Below are positions 48,610 to 58,610 of a DNA stretch of 64,000 nt, piece by piece. Position numbers and translations under genes: made by a program. The stretch covers positions 36,655 to 100,654 of the forward strand of contig DAOTUU010000035.1 of NCBI GenBank assembly GCA_034436555.1. Direction: 5' to 3'. Source of the DNA: Chloroflexota bacterium (lineage in GTDB: Bacteria > Chloroflexota > Limnocylindria > Limnocylindrales > CSP1-4). The notes beneath the pieces were generated by a model. That model was not told the DNA's origin and ran no database searches. It saw only the letters and a list, made by a program, of their open reading frames with translations. Numbering within the stretch: position 1 is the first letter of the stretch; every line of letters starts with the position of its first letter.

Positions 48610-48866
48610 CCGGTGGCGCATTCATCGACACCAACGTCTGGGTGCACGCCGTCGATGGCGCGGACCCGCGCAAGCAGCAGCGCGCCATCAAGGCCATCGA
48701 ACAGGCGGCAGGTTCCGGGATCGTGCTGTCGACCCAGGTCCAGGGCGAGTTCCACGTGACCGTCGCTGCGCGGACGGCGGGCGTGACCAGATTCCTCACC
48801 GAGGACCTGGCGGACGGCGCGACCTACGGCTCGGTGCGAGTGGAGAGCCCGTTCCGGGGCGGATAG
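48606..48866 (+). CDS. PIN-domain toxin, short (86 aa) and possibly C-terminally truncated
   Basis: GTG overlaps the antitoxin stop (GTGA). FIDTNVW is a PIN N-terminal motif. The later acidic residues are missing. Confidence 0.5.
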   Translation: MTGGAFIDTNVWVHAVDGADPRKQQRAIKAIEQAAGSGIVLSTQVQGEFHVTVAARTAGVTRFLTEDLADGATYGSVRVESPFRGG

Positions 48867-49381
48867 CGGCCCTCGACGGACGGTCGCAGGGACCGGAGCG
48901 CGACGGCCAGCCGCGGATCGTCCGCGCGGGCGATCGCCGCGTCCCAGGCGAACCAGCCGATGGCCTGGCTCTCACCCGTCGGAGGGGCGGGGTCGGCCTC
49001 GCCGCCGTCGATGAGGTACCGCAGGTCGAGGTGCGTGTGGCCGCGCGGGCCGGGGTGGACGTCGACGTGGACGAGGCGTGGCGGGACGTCCGCGAACGCC
49101 ACGGCGAGCCCGGTCTCCTCGGTCGCCTCACGCAGCGCCGCGTCCCACGGCGTCTCGCCCGGGTCCACGTGACCGCCCGGCTGGAGCCAGATGCCCACCC
49201 GCTTGTGGCGAAGCAGCACCACGCCCCGAGGACCGACCACGATGGCCGAGCCCGTCACATGCACCGGGTCGGCATGCTCGTCGAAGGGCCGCGCCAGCGC
49301 GTCGTACCACCGCAGGAACGTCGCGAGGCTCGTCCGCTCGTCCTCGTCGATGGGGATGCGTTCGGCGACCGCCAGTCGCAC
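48824..49381 (-). CDS. NUDIX hydrolase
   Basis: C-terminal roughly 185 aa of ORF 48824..49741. Nudix box GIWLQPGGHVDPGETPWDAALREATEETGL. GTG start at 49381 is tentative. Confidence 0.7.
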   Translation of the reverse strand: MRLAVAERIPIDEDERTSLATFLRWYDALARPFDEHADPVHVTGSAIVVGPRGVVLLRHKRVGIWLQPGGHVDPGETPWDAALREATEETGLAVAFADVPPRLVHVDVHPGPRGHTHLDLRYLIDGGEADPAPPTGESQAIGWFAWDAAIARADDPRLAVALRSLRPSVEGRYPPRNGLSTRTEP

Positions 49382-49410
49382 CGCGGCGCGCAGACCAGGA
49401 TCGACCGCGG

Positions 49411-51198
49411 TCACCGCGATGCGCGCGCCAGGTCCAGCGCCGCGCCGATCAGCGCGAGGTGGCTGAACGCCTGGGGCGTGTTGCCCAGGTGCCCGCCGGT
49501 GGCCGGGTCGACCTCCTCCGCGAGCAGCCCCAGCGGTGAGGCGTAGGACGCCAGCCGCTCGAACAGCGCGCGTGCCCGGTCCACCTCGCCCATCCGCGCG
49601 AGCCCCTGGACCAGCCAGAAGGAGCAGATCATGAAGCTGCCCTCCTCGCCCCGGAGCCCGTCGTCCGCGGTGTCGGTCCGGTAGCGCAGCACCAGGCCGT
49701 CCTCGGTCAGCTCGTCCGCGATGGCATGGACCGTCGCGCACGCGCGCGGGTCATCTGGGGGCAGGAACCCCAGGAGCGGGATGAGCAGTACCGACGCGTC
49801 CAGCGCCGCGACCCCGTACGACTGCGTGAACACGCCGCGGGCGTCCGTGCCGTGTGTCTCCAGGTCGGCGCGGACGGCGGCTGCCTCCGCCGCCCAGGCC
49901 GCCGCCAGGGCGGTCTCCCCGCGCACCTGCGCCAGCCGGGCGCCCCGATCGAGCGCGACCCATCCATAGAGCTTGGAGCTGGTGAAGTGGCGCGGCTCGC
50001 CACGGACCTCCCAGATGCCCCGGTCGGGCAGGCGCCATGCCGTCGCAGCAGCTTCCACCTGGGGCACGCACAGGGCCCAGATCGCATCGTCCAGGGCACC
50101 GCCAGCGGACACGTCCCGCCACACCAGATCCAGCAGCGCGCCCCACATGTCGTGCTGGGCCTGGCCAGCGGCGCCGTTGCCGATGCGCACGGGACGGGCG
50201 CCCTCGTAGCCGCTGAGGTGGTCCAGCTCCTCCTCCGGCAGGTCCAGCTCGCCCCCGACGCGGACCATCAGCTGGAGCGGGACGCCCCGAGCATGCTCAG
50301 CGGCCAGGAAGCGGATGAACCGCCGCGCCTCGTCAGGGAACCCCAGGTCCTGGAGCGCCGCGAGCGTGTACGTGCCATCCCGGAGCCAGGTATAGCGATA
50401 GTCCCAGTTGCGCTCGCCGCCGGGCGTCTCCGGCAGCGATGTCGTGGCTGCGGCGACCGGCAGGCCGGTGGGCGCGTACGTCAGGCCGCGCAGCACCAGG
50501 GCGGATCGCTCCAGCAGCTGGCGCCACGGTCCCTCCGGGAGCCGTCCGCCAGCCAGCCACGCCGCCCAGGCACGATCCGTGGCGTCGATCGCCGCACGGG
50601 CCGCCGTCGCGTCCACGGGGGCGCGGTCCATTCCGTCACCCCACGCGAGCACGAGGGCGCGCACCTCGTCCTCGCGGACCGTCATGGTGGCCGGAGCAGG
50701 CGGGCCGTCCGGTCCAGCGTGGCCCGTCAGCCGCACCGGCGTGCCGTCAGGCAGATCGGCCATCCAGGACCCGGCGCCGGCTGAATGCCAGGCCACCGGC
50801 GAGCGTCCGTAGTCGGCCACGGGGGCACACTCGCTCCGGAACGTCACCGCACCCCGCCTGCCGGCCACCCACCGCACGAGCGCGCGGCGGGCGCTGGAGA
50901 CATCCGACAGCAGCGCATCGACAACGACGGCATCCCCGCTCCCGGTCTGCCAGGTCGTCTCGAGCACGAGGCTGCCGGCGTGGTAGCGGCGGGTCGCGGT
51001 CGCAGCGGGATCCTCCGGCCGCAGCGACCAGCGACCGGCCGCGCGATCCAGGAGCGCCCCGAACAGGCTGGAGCTGTCGATGCGCGGCAGGCACAGCCAC
51101 TCGACCGTCCCGTCCGGGCCCAGCAGGGCCGCGGTCTCGCCGTCGGCGAGGAACGCGAGGTCGGCGATGGGCGGGAAGACGTCAGGGGCGGGATCCAT
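49411..51198 (-). CDS. Glycoside hydrolase family 15 protein (glucoamylase/trehalase-like (alpha/alpha)6 barrel)
   Basis: ORF 49411..51198 (-). Length 595 aa and sequence are typical of bacterial GH15-related proteins. Confidence 0.8.
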   Translation of the reverse strand: MDPAPDVFPPIADLAFLADGETAALLGPDGTVEWLCLPRIDSSSLFGALLDRAAGRWSLRPEDPAATATRRYHAGSLVLETTWQTGSGDAVVVDALLSDVSSARRALVRWVAGRRGAVTFRSECAPVADYGRSPVAWHSAGAGSWMADLPDGTPVRLTGHAGPDGPPAPATMTVREDEVRALVLAWGDGMDRAPVDATAARAAIDATDRAWAAWLAGGRLPEGPWRQLLERSALVLRGLTYAPTGLPVAAATTSLPETPGGERNWDYRYTWLRDGTYTLAALQDLGFPDEARRFIRFLAAEHARGVPLQLMVRVGGELDLPEEELDHLSGYEGARPVRIGNGAAGQAQHDMWGALLDLVWRDVSAGGALDDAIWALCVPQVEAAATAWRLPDRGIWEVRGEPRHFTSSKLYGWVALDRGARLAQVRGETALAAAWAAEAAAVRADLETHGTDARGVFTQSYGVAALDASVLLIPLLGFLPPDDPRACATVHAIADELTEDGLVLRYRTDTADDGLRGEEGSFMICSFWLVQGLARMGEVDRARALFERLASYASPLGLLAEEVDPATGGHLGNTPQAFSHLALIGAALDLARASR

Positions 51199-51330
51199 CA
51201 GGACCCGAGTCTACCCGGCAGCGGGCTGCACCCCGACACCACGGCGCGTTCACACCGCGTGCATACCGCGGCCTGAATCTTGGATCCATCGGTCGCACGA
51301 GGCGACCCTGAGCGATGAAGGAGACGCAGG

Positions 51331-51786
51331 ATGCGTCGGATCGGACTGATGGGGCTCCTGCTGGGGTCCCTCGCACTCGGTGGGGTGGGCATCATCGCCT
51401 ACCAGCTGGGTGTCTCGGCGGGTGCCGCGTCGGCGGCGGTCGCAGGTGGGGCCACGGTGGTCTACGCGGCACCCTGGGGTGCCGGCTTCGGGTTCTTCCC
51501 GGTCATCGGGCTGCTGTTCTTCGGGCTGCTGTTCCTGGCGGTCATCGGGAGCATCGGGCGTGCTGCCTGGGGTCGCGGCGGGCCCGGACGCGGCCCGTGG
51601 ATGGGCGGACCGGCGTGGGCCCACGGTGGCCCGGGCGCATGGGCTCACGACCGACCGGTGCCGCCGTTCGTCCAGGAGTGTCTGGCGCGCTGGCACGCGG
51701 AGGCCCATGGCGCGCCGCCCGCGGGCTCGCCGGACCCAGCTGGCTCGACCGGCTCGCCGGACCTGGCGCCGACCGACCCGGCCTGA
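51331..51786 (+). CDS. Small membrane protein (2 TM, Gly/Pro-rich tail), hypothetical
   Basis: ORF 51331..51786 with a strong AAGGAGA RBS. Confidence 0.6.
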   Translation: MRRIGLMGLLLGSLALGGVGIIAYQLGVSAGAASAAVAGGATVVYAAPWGAGFGFFPVIGLLFFGLLFLAVIGSIGRAAWGRGGPGRGPWMGGPAWAHGGPGAWAHDRPVPPFVQECLARWHAEAHGAPPAGSPDPAGSTGSPDLAPTDPA

Positions 51787-51849
51787 CCAGAAGCCACCCA
51801 CGCCCCGGGAGCGACCCCGGGGCGCGGCGCCGTGCGAGGATGCACACCG

Positions 51850-52539
51850 ATGGCCACGATCCTGCTGGTGGACGACAACCCCGAGATCCTGCGCATCGCC
51901 CGGGATGTCCTGGAGCACAGCGGGTTCGCGACCCTGTCCGCGACCACCGGCGAGGGCGCGCTCCAGCTCGTCGCCACCCGCCGGCCCGACCTGCTCGTGC
52001 TGGACCTGGGGCTGCCGGATATCGACGGCCTGGACGTGGCCCGTCGGCTGCACCGAGCCGGCGACCTGCCGATCATCATGCTCACGGCCCGTGCCGACGA
52101 GGCGGACACGCTCATCGGGCTGGAGCTGGGCGCGGACGACTACCTCACGAAGCCGTTCAGCCCGCGCGAGCTCGTGGCGCGCGTGCGGGCGGTGCTCCGC
52201 CGCGCGGAGAGTGCGCGCGCCGGCGCTCGCGTCCTGCACGCGGGAGACCTCATCGTGGACCGCGACGCGATGCGCGTCACCGCTGGCGGCCGGCGCGTGG
52301 AGCTGACCGCAACGGAGTTCGCGCTGGTCGCGGCGATGGTCGCGCAACCCGGGCGGGTGTTCACGCGCGCCCAGCTCCTGGACGCGATCCACGGCGAGGC
52401 GTTCGAGGCGTACGAGCGGGCGATCGACGCCCATGTCAAGAACATCCGGCGCAAGCTGGAGCCCGACCCGCGCGCACCGCGCTACCTGGAGACCGTCATC
52501 GGGGTGGGCTACCGCGTCGCGGACGGCCCCGGATCCTGA
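51850..52539 (+). CDS. OmpR-family response regulator
   Basis: Internal ATG of ORF 51832..52539. Receiver domain (LLVDDNPEI...DLGLPDIDG) and winged-helix domain. Confidence 0.9.
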   Translation: MATILLVDDNPEILRIARDVLEHSGFATLSATTGEGALQLVATRRPDLLVLDLGLPDIDGLDVARRLHRAGDLPIIMLTARADEADTLIGLELGADDYLTKPFSPRELVARVRAVLRRAESARAGARVLHAGDLIVDRDAMRVTAGGRRVELTATEFALVAAMVAQPGRVFTRAQLLDAIHGEAFEAYERAIDAHVKNIRRKLEPDPRAPRYLETVIGVGYRVADGPGS

Positions 52540-53726
52540 TGCCACCACGCCGCAGACCGCCGTGGTGGCCCGCCGACGAGCCGTGGCCGCCGCAGCGCTG
52601 GTCCGGGACCGGCGGCGACGGCGCCGCACCCGGGCACGGACCCTGGGGCCCCAGCTGGGGTCGGCACCCGCAGAGTCCGGCGTTCCTGGTGGGCATCGCC
52701 GTCCGGGCGCTGGGGTTCCTGCTCCTGGCCATCGCGTTCGTGACGATCCTGGGATACCTGGGCGCGGCGGTGACGGGGATCGCAACGGCGCCCCCGGTCA
52801 CGGTCGCGCTCGGCGCGCTCGTGGTGGTCGCGCTGGCGGTGGCCATGGGCCTCGCGTTCCGGGCGCTCCACCGGGCGCGGCGGCCGCTGGACCGGCTCGT
52901 GGCTGCGGCACGCCGTGTGGAGGCGGGCGACCTCTCGGCGCGCGTGCCGGAGGACGGCCCGCAGGACCTGCGCGACCTGGAACGCGCCTTCAACCGGATG
53001 AGCGCACGCCTGGAAGCCGCGGACGCGGCGCGTCGGACGTTCCTCGCAGAGGTGAGCCATGAGCTGCGCACCCCGCTCACGGTGATCCGGGGCCAGCTCG
53101 AGGCGATCGCCGACGGCGTCTACCCGGCCGACGCGACCCATCTGGCGCCGGTGCTGGCACAGACGGCAACCCTGGAGCGGCTGGTGGACGACCTGCGCAC
53201 GGTGGGGCTCGCGGAGTCGGGGGCGCTGGCGGTGCGGCGGGAGCCGGTGGACCTCGTCGCGCTGGCCGGCGCGGTGGTCGCGGGCATGGGCGCCGCCGGG
53301 GTCGAGGCCGGCGTCCGGCTGACGGTGACGCCCGCAGAGCGGACGGGGTCGCCGGCGGAGCTGCCGCCGATCGCCGCGGACCCGGCCCTCCTGCGGCGGG
53401 TCCTGGTCAACCTGCTCACGAACGCGCTGCGCCACACCCCGCGCGGCGGGAGCATCCACGTGGCGGTCCGGCCCGCGGATGCCGGCCACCAGTCGCTCAC
53501 CGTGACCGACACCGGGTCGGGCATCCCCGCAGAGCTGCTGCCGCGGGTGTTCGACCGATTCGTCACCGGGCCGGGCCCGCATGGCACCGGCCTGGGCCTG
53601 GCCATCGCACGCGACCTGGTGGCAGCCCACGGCGGCACGATCGCGGCGGAGCTGCCGCCCGAGGGCGGCACGCGCGTCGAGGTGGTGCTGCCGGTGGCGC
53701 CGGGATCGGCCACCACCGTGGGCTGA
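52539..53726 (+). CDS. Sensor histidine kinase (2 TM, HAMP, HisKA, HATPase)
   Basis: ATG overlaps the response-regulator stop (TGATG). H-box EVSHELRTPL; G-boxes DTGSGIP and GTGLGLAI. Confidence 0.85.
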   Translation: MPPRRRPPWWPADEPWPPQRWSGTGGDGAAPGHGPWGPSWGRHPQSPAFLVGIAVRALGFLLLAIAFVTILGYLGAAVTGIATAPPVTVALGALVVVALAVAMGLAFRALHRARRPLDRLVAAARRVEAGDLSARVPEDGPQDLRDLERAFNRMSARLEAADAARRTFLAEVSHELRTPLTVIRGQLEAIADGVYPADATHLAPVLAQTATLERLVDDLRTVGLAESGALAVRREPVDLVALAGAVVAGMGAAGVEAGVRLTVTPAERTGSPAELPPIAADPALLRRVLVNLLTNALRHTPRGGSIHVAVRPADAGHQSLTVTDTGSGIPAELLPRVFDRFVTGPGPHGTGLGLAIARDLVAAHGGTIAAELPPEGGTRVEVVLPVAPGSATTVG

Positions 53727-53734
53727 GGGGACGC

Positions 53735-54142
53735 TCAGGCGCCCCCGGTGCCGGGGCGCCCGCGCGGGACCGGCCGTCCCTCGAACGCCTCGATCGCGGT
53801 CAGCAGCTGGACAGGCATCCGGGTCACCCGGTTCGTGGTCAGATCGAACATGACCTGGACCGTGGAGCCGTCCGCGATGTGCCGCGCCGGGGCGATCGGA
53901 CCGCCCTCCGACACGACGCGGTACTCCAGGCCGAACGCGGACCGCGACGCCCATCCGACCCGGCACTCGCAGACCACGGGCTCACCGAAGTACGCCGGCG
54001 CGCGGTACGCGATGTGCGCCTCCGCGATCACGAACGTGAGGCGGTGCGCCTCCGGGCCCGTCCCGAACGGATGACCCGTGAGCGCGGCGTGGTACCCGGC
54101 ACGGGCCATCTCGAAGTACGAGAGGTACGTCGCGTTGTTCAC
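53735..54142 (-). CDS. Acyl-CoA thioesterase (hotdog fold, 4HBT/YbgC-like)
   Basis: ORF 53735..54142 (-). YbgC-like sequence. Confidence 0.7.
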   Translation of the reverse strand: MNNATYLSYFEMARAGYHAALTGHPFGTGPEAHRLTFVIAEAHIAYRAPAYFGEPVVCECRVGWASRSAFGLEYRVVSEGGPIAPARHIADGSTVQVMFDLTTNRVTRMPVQLLTAIEAFEGRPVPRGRPGTGGA

Positions 54143-54228
54143 ATGGCCCAGACCATCCGTGTCGACGTACCGGACCTCGATGGGATGACGGTAGCGGAAC
54201 GGCTCGTCCGCGCCCGGAGCCCGGCCGC

Positions 54229-55953
54229 TCAGGGGTTCGCCGCGATGTCGGCGAGCACCGCCGGCAGCAGCTTCTCCACGTCCGGGGAACCCACGCCCGT
54301 CGCGAAGTCCCAGCCCGGGGTCGCAGCATCCACCAGGTTGCCGCCCCGGGTCACGTCATGGAACGCACCTGGAGCGTCCTGCGCGATGCGGTAGTAGCGC
54401 GGTGCCATGAAGCCGAGCCGCTCCACGCCCTGGGCCGCCGCCGCCTGCTGCATCAGCGCCTGGATGCCCGACCACAGGGGCGCCGCCGCGCTCGTGCCAC
54501 CCATGACGTACCAGGATGCCACTCCCGTATCGCCGTCGGTGCCGTACATGAGGTAGCCGGTGTCCGAATCGGCCGCGGCGGCGACATCCGGACACTGCCG
54601 GTTGCCGTTGGACCGGTCGTTCTGCACGCCCGGGCCCTGCTGCCACGCGGGCATCGGGGCGAACGGGCTGATGCCCCCACCCGTGCCACTCGTCGTCAGG
54701 TAGTCCTGCCAGCCGGTCTCGCGGAGGTACGTGCCGTCGGCACGCGTCTCGAGGAATGTGCCGCCGACGCCGATGACGTTGTCCGCGCAGGAGGGGAAGA
54801 ACGTGGATTGCCGATGGTCGGTCGGGTCGAAGGTGTGGCACGTGAACGCGCCCCAGTCACCCGACGCCGCGTAGATGGAGACACCCGCGAGCGCAGCCGC
54901 CGCGAACGACACCCTGCCGAGCTCCGCCGTCGTGGCCGCAAACGGCGAATCCGCCACCTCGCACGAGCCGTAGGACACGCTGATCATCTGGGCACGGCCG
55001 TCCCCGACGATCCGGTCCACCGCCGTCGCGAAGCTCTCGTTGGTGGAGAACCCGTAGACCAGGATCTGGGCGGCCGGCGCCACTCCGCGGATGACCTGCG
55101 TGTCGAGCGCAGCCTCGATGGCGAACCCGCCGGGCGCATCCGCGAGGCCGTCTCCCACGGCGATCCGTTCCGGAGGCGGCCCGCTGATCCCGAAGGCCTG
55201 GTCGAACACGGCGAGGTCCGCGTCGGTGTCCACCCCGAACTGAAGGATCGCCACGTTCTGACCGCCGCCCGTGATCCCCTGCTCCCACAGGGGCAGGAAG
55301 TTGTAGACGATGGCCAGGTCGCGCGGCGCGAGACCCCGCGACGGCGGTCCGCTCGCGGCATCCTGGGCGGGGATCGTCGGTCGAGGAGACACGCCCACGA
55401 TCCCGGTCACGGTCGTCGCGAACACGGCCGGCACGATCGGGGGTGTCGCAGCCGCGACGTAGTCGAACCCGGTGCCCGGGTCGCGGAACAGCTGCAGCTC
55501 CAGGCCCAGCACCCGCTCCAGGTCCGCCACGGTGCCCCGCACCTTGAGGCTGGTGCGCTGCGGGACGCGCTGGGTCACGCTGAGGCCCAGGCCCTCGAGC
55601 GTGGCGACCAGCTGGTCCTCGTCGGCCGCAGGCAGTCCGAAGCGGTCACCGAACATCGCCGGGGACACGGTCTGTCCGTACGTCGGGCTGGTCGGATCGG
55701 ACATTCCCGCCAGTGCCTGCGCCAGGCCCTCCGGATCGCGACCGCGCAGCGCCAGGCCCACCTCCAGCACCTGGCCGGGGTCAGCCGGTCCCACCGCGAC
55801 CGGGGTGAGGTCCACGGGCAGTGGCGCCGACGGCGCTTGACTCGGCGCTGGCACCGGTCTGGTCTGACCGCCCAGAGCCATCCCGGCCACGAGCGTGCAC
55901 ACGAGTGCCGTGGTGCCGGCGAGCAGGAAGGTTCGTCGGGTGCGCAACATCAC
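54229..55953 (-). CDS. S53-family (sedolisin/kumamolisin-like) secreted serine-carboxyl peptidase with pro-domain
   Basis: ORF 54229..55953 (-). Signal/TM N-terminus; catalytic-serine motif GGTSAAAP. Pro-kumamolisin activation-domain-like N-terminal region. Confidence 0.8.
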   Translation of the reverse strand: MMLRTRRTFLLAGTTALVCTLVAGMALGGQTRPVPAPSQAPSAPLPVDLTPVAVGPADPGQVLEVGLALRGRDPEGLAQALAGMSDPTSPTYGQTVSPAMFGDRFGLPAADEDQLVATLEGLGLSVTQRVPQRTSLKVRGTVADLERVLGLELQLFRDPGTGFDYVAAATPPIVPAVFATTVTGIVGVSPRPTIPAQDAASGPPSRGLAPRDLAIVYNFLPLWEQGITGGGQNVAILQFGVDTDADLAVFDQAFGISGPPPERIAVGDGLADAPGGFAIEAALDTQVIRGVAPAAQILVYGFSTNESFATAVDRIVGDGRAQMISVSYGSCEVADSPFAATTAELGRVSFAAAALAGVSIYAASGDWGAFTCHTFDPTDHRQSTFFPSCADNVIGVGGTFLETRADGTYLRETGWQDYLTTSGTGGGISPFAPMPAWQQGPGVQNDRSNGNRQCPDVAAAADSDTGYLMYGTDGDTGVASWYVMGGTSAAAPLWSGIQALMQQAAAAQGVERLGFMAPRYYRIAQDAPGAFHDVTRGGNLVDAATPGWDFATGVGSPDVEKLLPAVLADIAANP

Positions 55954-57989
55954 TCCACCACCGGGTCGTTGGGCCAGATGAACGTGTTGTTCATGGTGTC
56001 AGCCATGGCCAGACCCCATCGCCGATTCTGAGCGGCCACCCAGACGGTGGTGACCGCGCTGATGCTGCCGTCGGTGGCCGCGACGCTCGCGACCGCCAGG
56101 TCCAGGCCGGGACCCTGCGGAGTGTCAAGGGTGCCGCCGAACAGGGCTGCGACACCCGACCGATGACCCAGGATCGGGGTGCCCAGCAACTGCCGCGCCG
56201 GCTCCCGGTCGAGCTGGAAGCCCAGCAGGTTCTGGGATGTCAGATCCCGACGCTTGTTGAACAGCTGCTCCGGCCCGAGAGCCTGTGCCTGGGCCGCCTC
56301 CACCACATACAACAGCGATCCATCATGTGCCGCCAGTTGCACCCACCCCGGACCCGACTTGCTGATCGCCAGCGCGTCCGGGTCGTATTCGAAGGCGAAC
56401 CCGGTCGTCGTGTCCGTGTACCGCTCCATGGGCGGGAAGGGCATCTCCGAGGATCGCGCCGCGACGCCCGTGATGGGTGCCAGCACCGCCGCGCCGCAGG
56501 GCGCGATGTCCTGGCACTCGGGCTGATCCAGGCCCTGCGACACGACGAAGGCGACCACGAGCGCGATGGCGGTGACAGCCCCGAGCAGCACCGCGAACAG
56601 GACGAGCAGCTTTCTCGGTCCCAGCCAGCCCTTGCTGGCCGGACGAGGGGCGACGACAGACCCGCCGGTCACCGTCGAGGGGAGGGCCTCGTGCGCCTCA
56701 GGAGCGGCAGGACGATCGGTGGTGCGCACCTCGTGTGGCGCGGCGATGTCCCCGACCCTTGCCGAGGCGGCGGCGACCCCGCCTGCTGCCTGCGCCACAG
56801 GCCGCGCCTTGGGCAGCGCCCGGAGCGATACGCCGCAGTCGCCGCAGTAGGAGTGCGTGGGCGTGGACCGGCCGCAGTTGGCGCAGCGGATGTCCGGACC
56901 GACCGGGATCTCCAGCGACTCCTGGAGCAGTCCCACGTGGATGATGCGCCGCAGCCAGACGAGCGCCACGATCGCGAGGATCGCGAGCGCCGCCAGATCC
57001 ACGAGCTGGCTGACCCCGTCCACGGGCTTTACCAGCTCCTGGACCAGTCCGGCGGCCACGAGCAGGGCCCCCGCGAGCAGCGCCGCGACCACGGGCTGAC
57101 CGAGCGGCCCGAGCATGTCCTCATGGGCATCCGGGCCCCGATAGCGCAGCCAGAGCACGCCCACGAAGCCGCCGATGGCGCCCGCCGCGATGACCGGCAT
57201 CGCCACACCCAGTGCCACGATACGCACGATCCATGGGAACACCTCGCCGGTGGGATGGAGTCCCGACTGGAACAGGCTGATGGAGGTCACGATCGTCTGG
57301 GCCCCCACGAACGCGACCGCGGACGCGACCCCGAATGTCGCCCCGTCGAGGACGTCGTTGAAACGCTTCTGACTCAGCAGCAGCGCCGGTCCCAGGGCCA
57401 TCAGGACCCCCGCCACGATGGGTGCCACGATGGTCCGCTCCCACGGGAACGGCGATCCACCGCCGCCACCCACCACGCTCCCGCCGATGGCGCTCGCCGC
57501 GGTGACCGGGACCACCTGGTCCAACACCCATGCGAACACCGCGCCCGTCACGAGTCCCCACAGGAAGGTGAGGGCCACGACGCGGACGGGCTCATCCTCG
57601 TAGGTGTCCACGTCGTAGAGGTAGATGACCGTGACGAGTGGGACGAGCACGGCGGCCGCGACGACGGCCACCGGGAAGAAGCCCAGCGCCGCAAGCACCA
57701 CCACCAGGATCGTGCCCGCGACGAGCGCCGTCTGGAACGTCCGGATCTCCTCGCGCGGCAGCGCGGGATAGAGCGTGGACACCAATCGGACGGCGCGCGC
57801 TGATTCTTCCGGGGCGGCCGCGTACGCCGTGCGCATCCGGCCGGCCGATCCCTTGCGCAGCTCCGGCTCCAAGGGATCGCCGCAGCGGATGCAGACGCGC
57901 ATCGCGGGCACCTGCTGGCCGCACTGCTCACAACGGATGGTGGGTCGGTCCGCCGCGGCTGGCGTGTCCGATCCGCGCTCCTCGGTCAC
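55950..57989 (-). CDS. Polytopic membrane protein with two zinc-ribbon (CxxC...CxxC) modules and a C-terminal extracytoplasmic domain
   Basis: ORF 55950..58028 (-). GTG start at 57989 with GGGAGG 5 nt upstream. Zinc-ribbon motifs IRCEQCGQQ...CIRCG and IRCANCGRS...CGDCG. About 8 TM helices. Its stop overlaps the S53 peptidase start (ATGA). Confidence 0.7.
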   Translation of the reverse strand: MTEERGSDTPAAADRPTIRCEQCGQQVPAMRVCIRCGDPLEPELRKGSAGRMRTAYAAAPEESARAVRLVSTLYPALPREEIRTFQTALVAGTILVVVLAALGFFPVAVVAAAVLVPLVTVIYLYDVDTYEDEPVRVVALTFLWGLVTGAVFAWVLDQVVPVTAASAIGGSVVGGGGGSPFPWERTIVAPIVAGVLMALGPALLLSQKRFNDVLDGATFGVASAVAFVGAQTIVTSISLFQSGLHPTGEVFPWIVRIVALGVAMPVIAAGAIGGFVGVLWLRYRGPDAHEDMLGPLGQPVVAALLAGALLVAAGLVQELVKPVDGVSQLVDLAALAILAIVALVWLRRIIHVGLLQESLEIPVGPDIRCANCGRSTPTHSYCGDCGVSLRALPKARPVAQAAGGVAAASARVGDIAAPHEVRTTDRPAAPEAHEALPSTVTGGSVVAPRPASKGWLGPRKLLVLFAVLLGAVTAIALVVAFVVSQGLDQPECQDIAPCGAAVLAPITGVAARSSEMPFPPMERYTDTTTGFAFEYDPDALAISKSGPGWVQLAAHDGSLLYVVEAAQAQALGPEQLFNKRRDLTSQNLLGFQLDREPARQLLGTPILGHRSGVAALFGGTLDTPQGPGLDLAVASVAATDGSISAVTTVWVAAQNRRWGLAMADTMNNTFIWPNDPVVE

Positions 57990-58099
57990 GTGGCCTCCCG
58001 TATCGGGTCTGGGCGCGCCGCTCGGCACGCGATGCGTGACTATCGCACGCCAGTGCCGCTCGTGTCACGCACGGGCCGTGATGCGGCATCGCCGACTCG

Positions 58100-58610
58100 A
58101 TGGTTGCCGCGGGGCGGGGCGCGACGCGGCGCGGGTCGCGTGCGGGGCCGCGGGGCGGGGCGCGACGCGGCGCGGGTCGCGGGCGGGGCCGCGGGGCGGG
58201 GCGGAGCCGGGGTGGGGCCATCGAGGGACCGCGGGGCGGGGCCGCGGGGCGGGGCCGCGGGGCGGGGCCGCGGGGCACCGTCGGCCGTGCCGGGAGCCCG
58301 GGCCGATGGACGGACACGACCGACGAGGCAGGGGCCGGCGCGTGCGGTCCGGGCCGGTCATCGGCCCGGCCCGCACCGTGCGTGCCTGGGCGGGCCGGAC
58401 AGCGGCCGAATCCGACCGGATCCGGCCCAGCAGGCGTCAGGCTTGGCCGCTGGGCGGACCGCGCCGGTCGCTGGGGGGACGGGGGTCGCGGGCGGGACGC
58501 GGCGTCCGGGCGGGGCCCAGCGGCCCGGGTGCGGCCCACGCGGCGTCCGGACGGCGCGTGGGCCGAGCGGGGCCCAGCGGCCCGGGCGGGGCCCAGCGGC
58601 CGAGGCGAAG
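58100..58610. repeat. GC-rich minisatellite block in an 860-bp divergent intergenic region. Contains a 41-bp unit x2, a 13-bp unit CCGCGGGGCGGGG x3.5 giving eight consecutive GGGG tracts at 58233-58276 (G-quadruplex potential), and GGGGCCCAGCGGCCCGGG x3.
   Basis: Direct reading. All overlapping ORFs have wrong-frame-like Arg/Gly/Ala composition. Confidence 0.8.
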
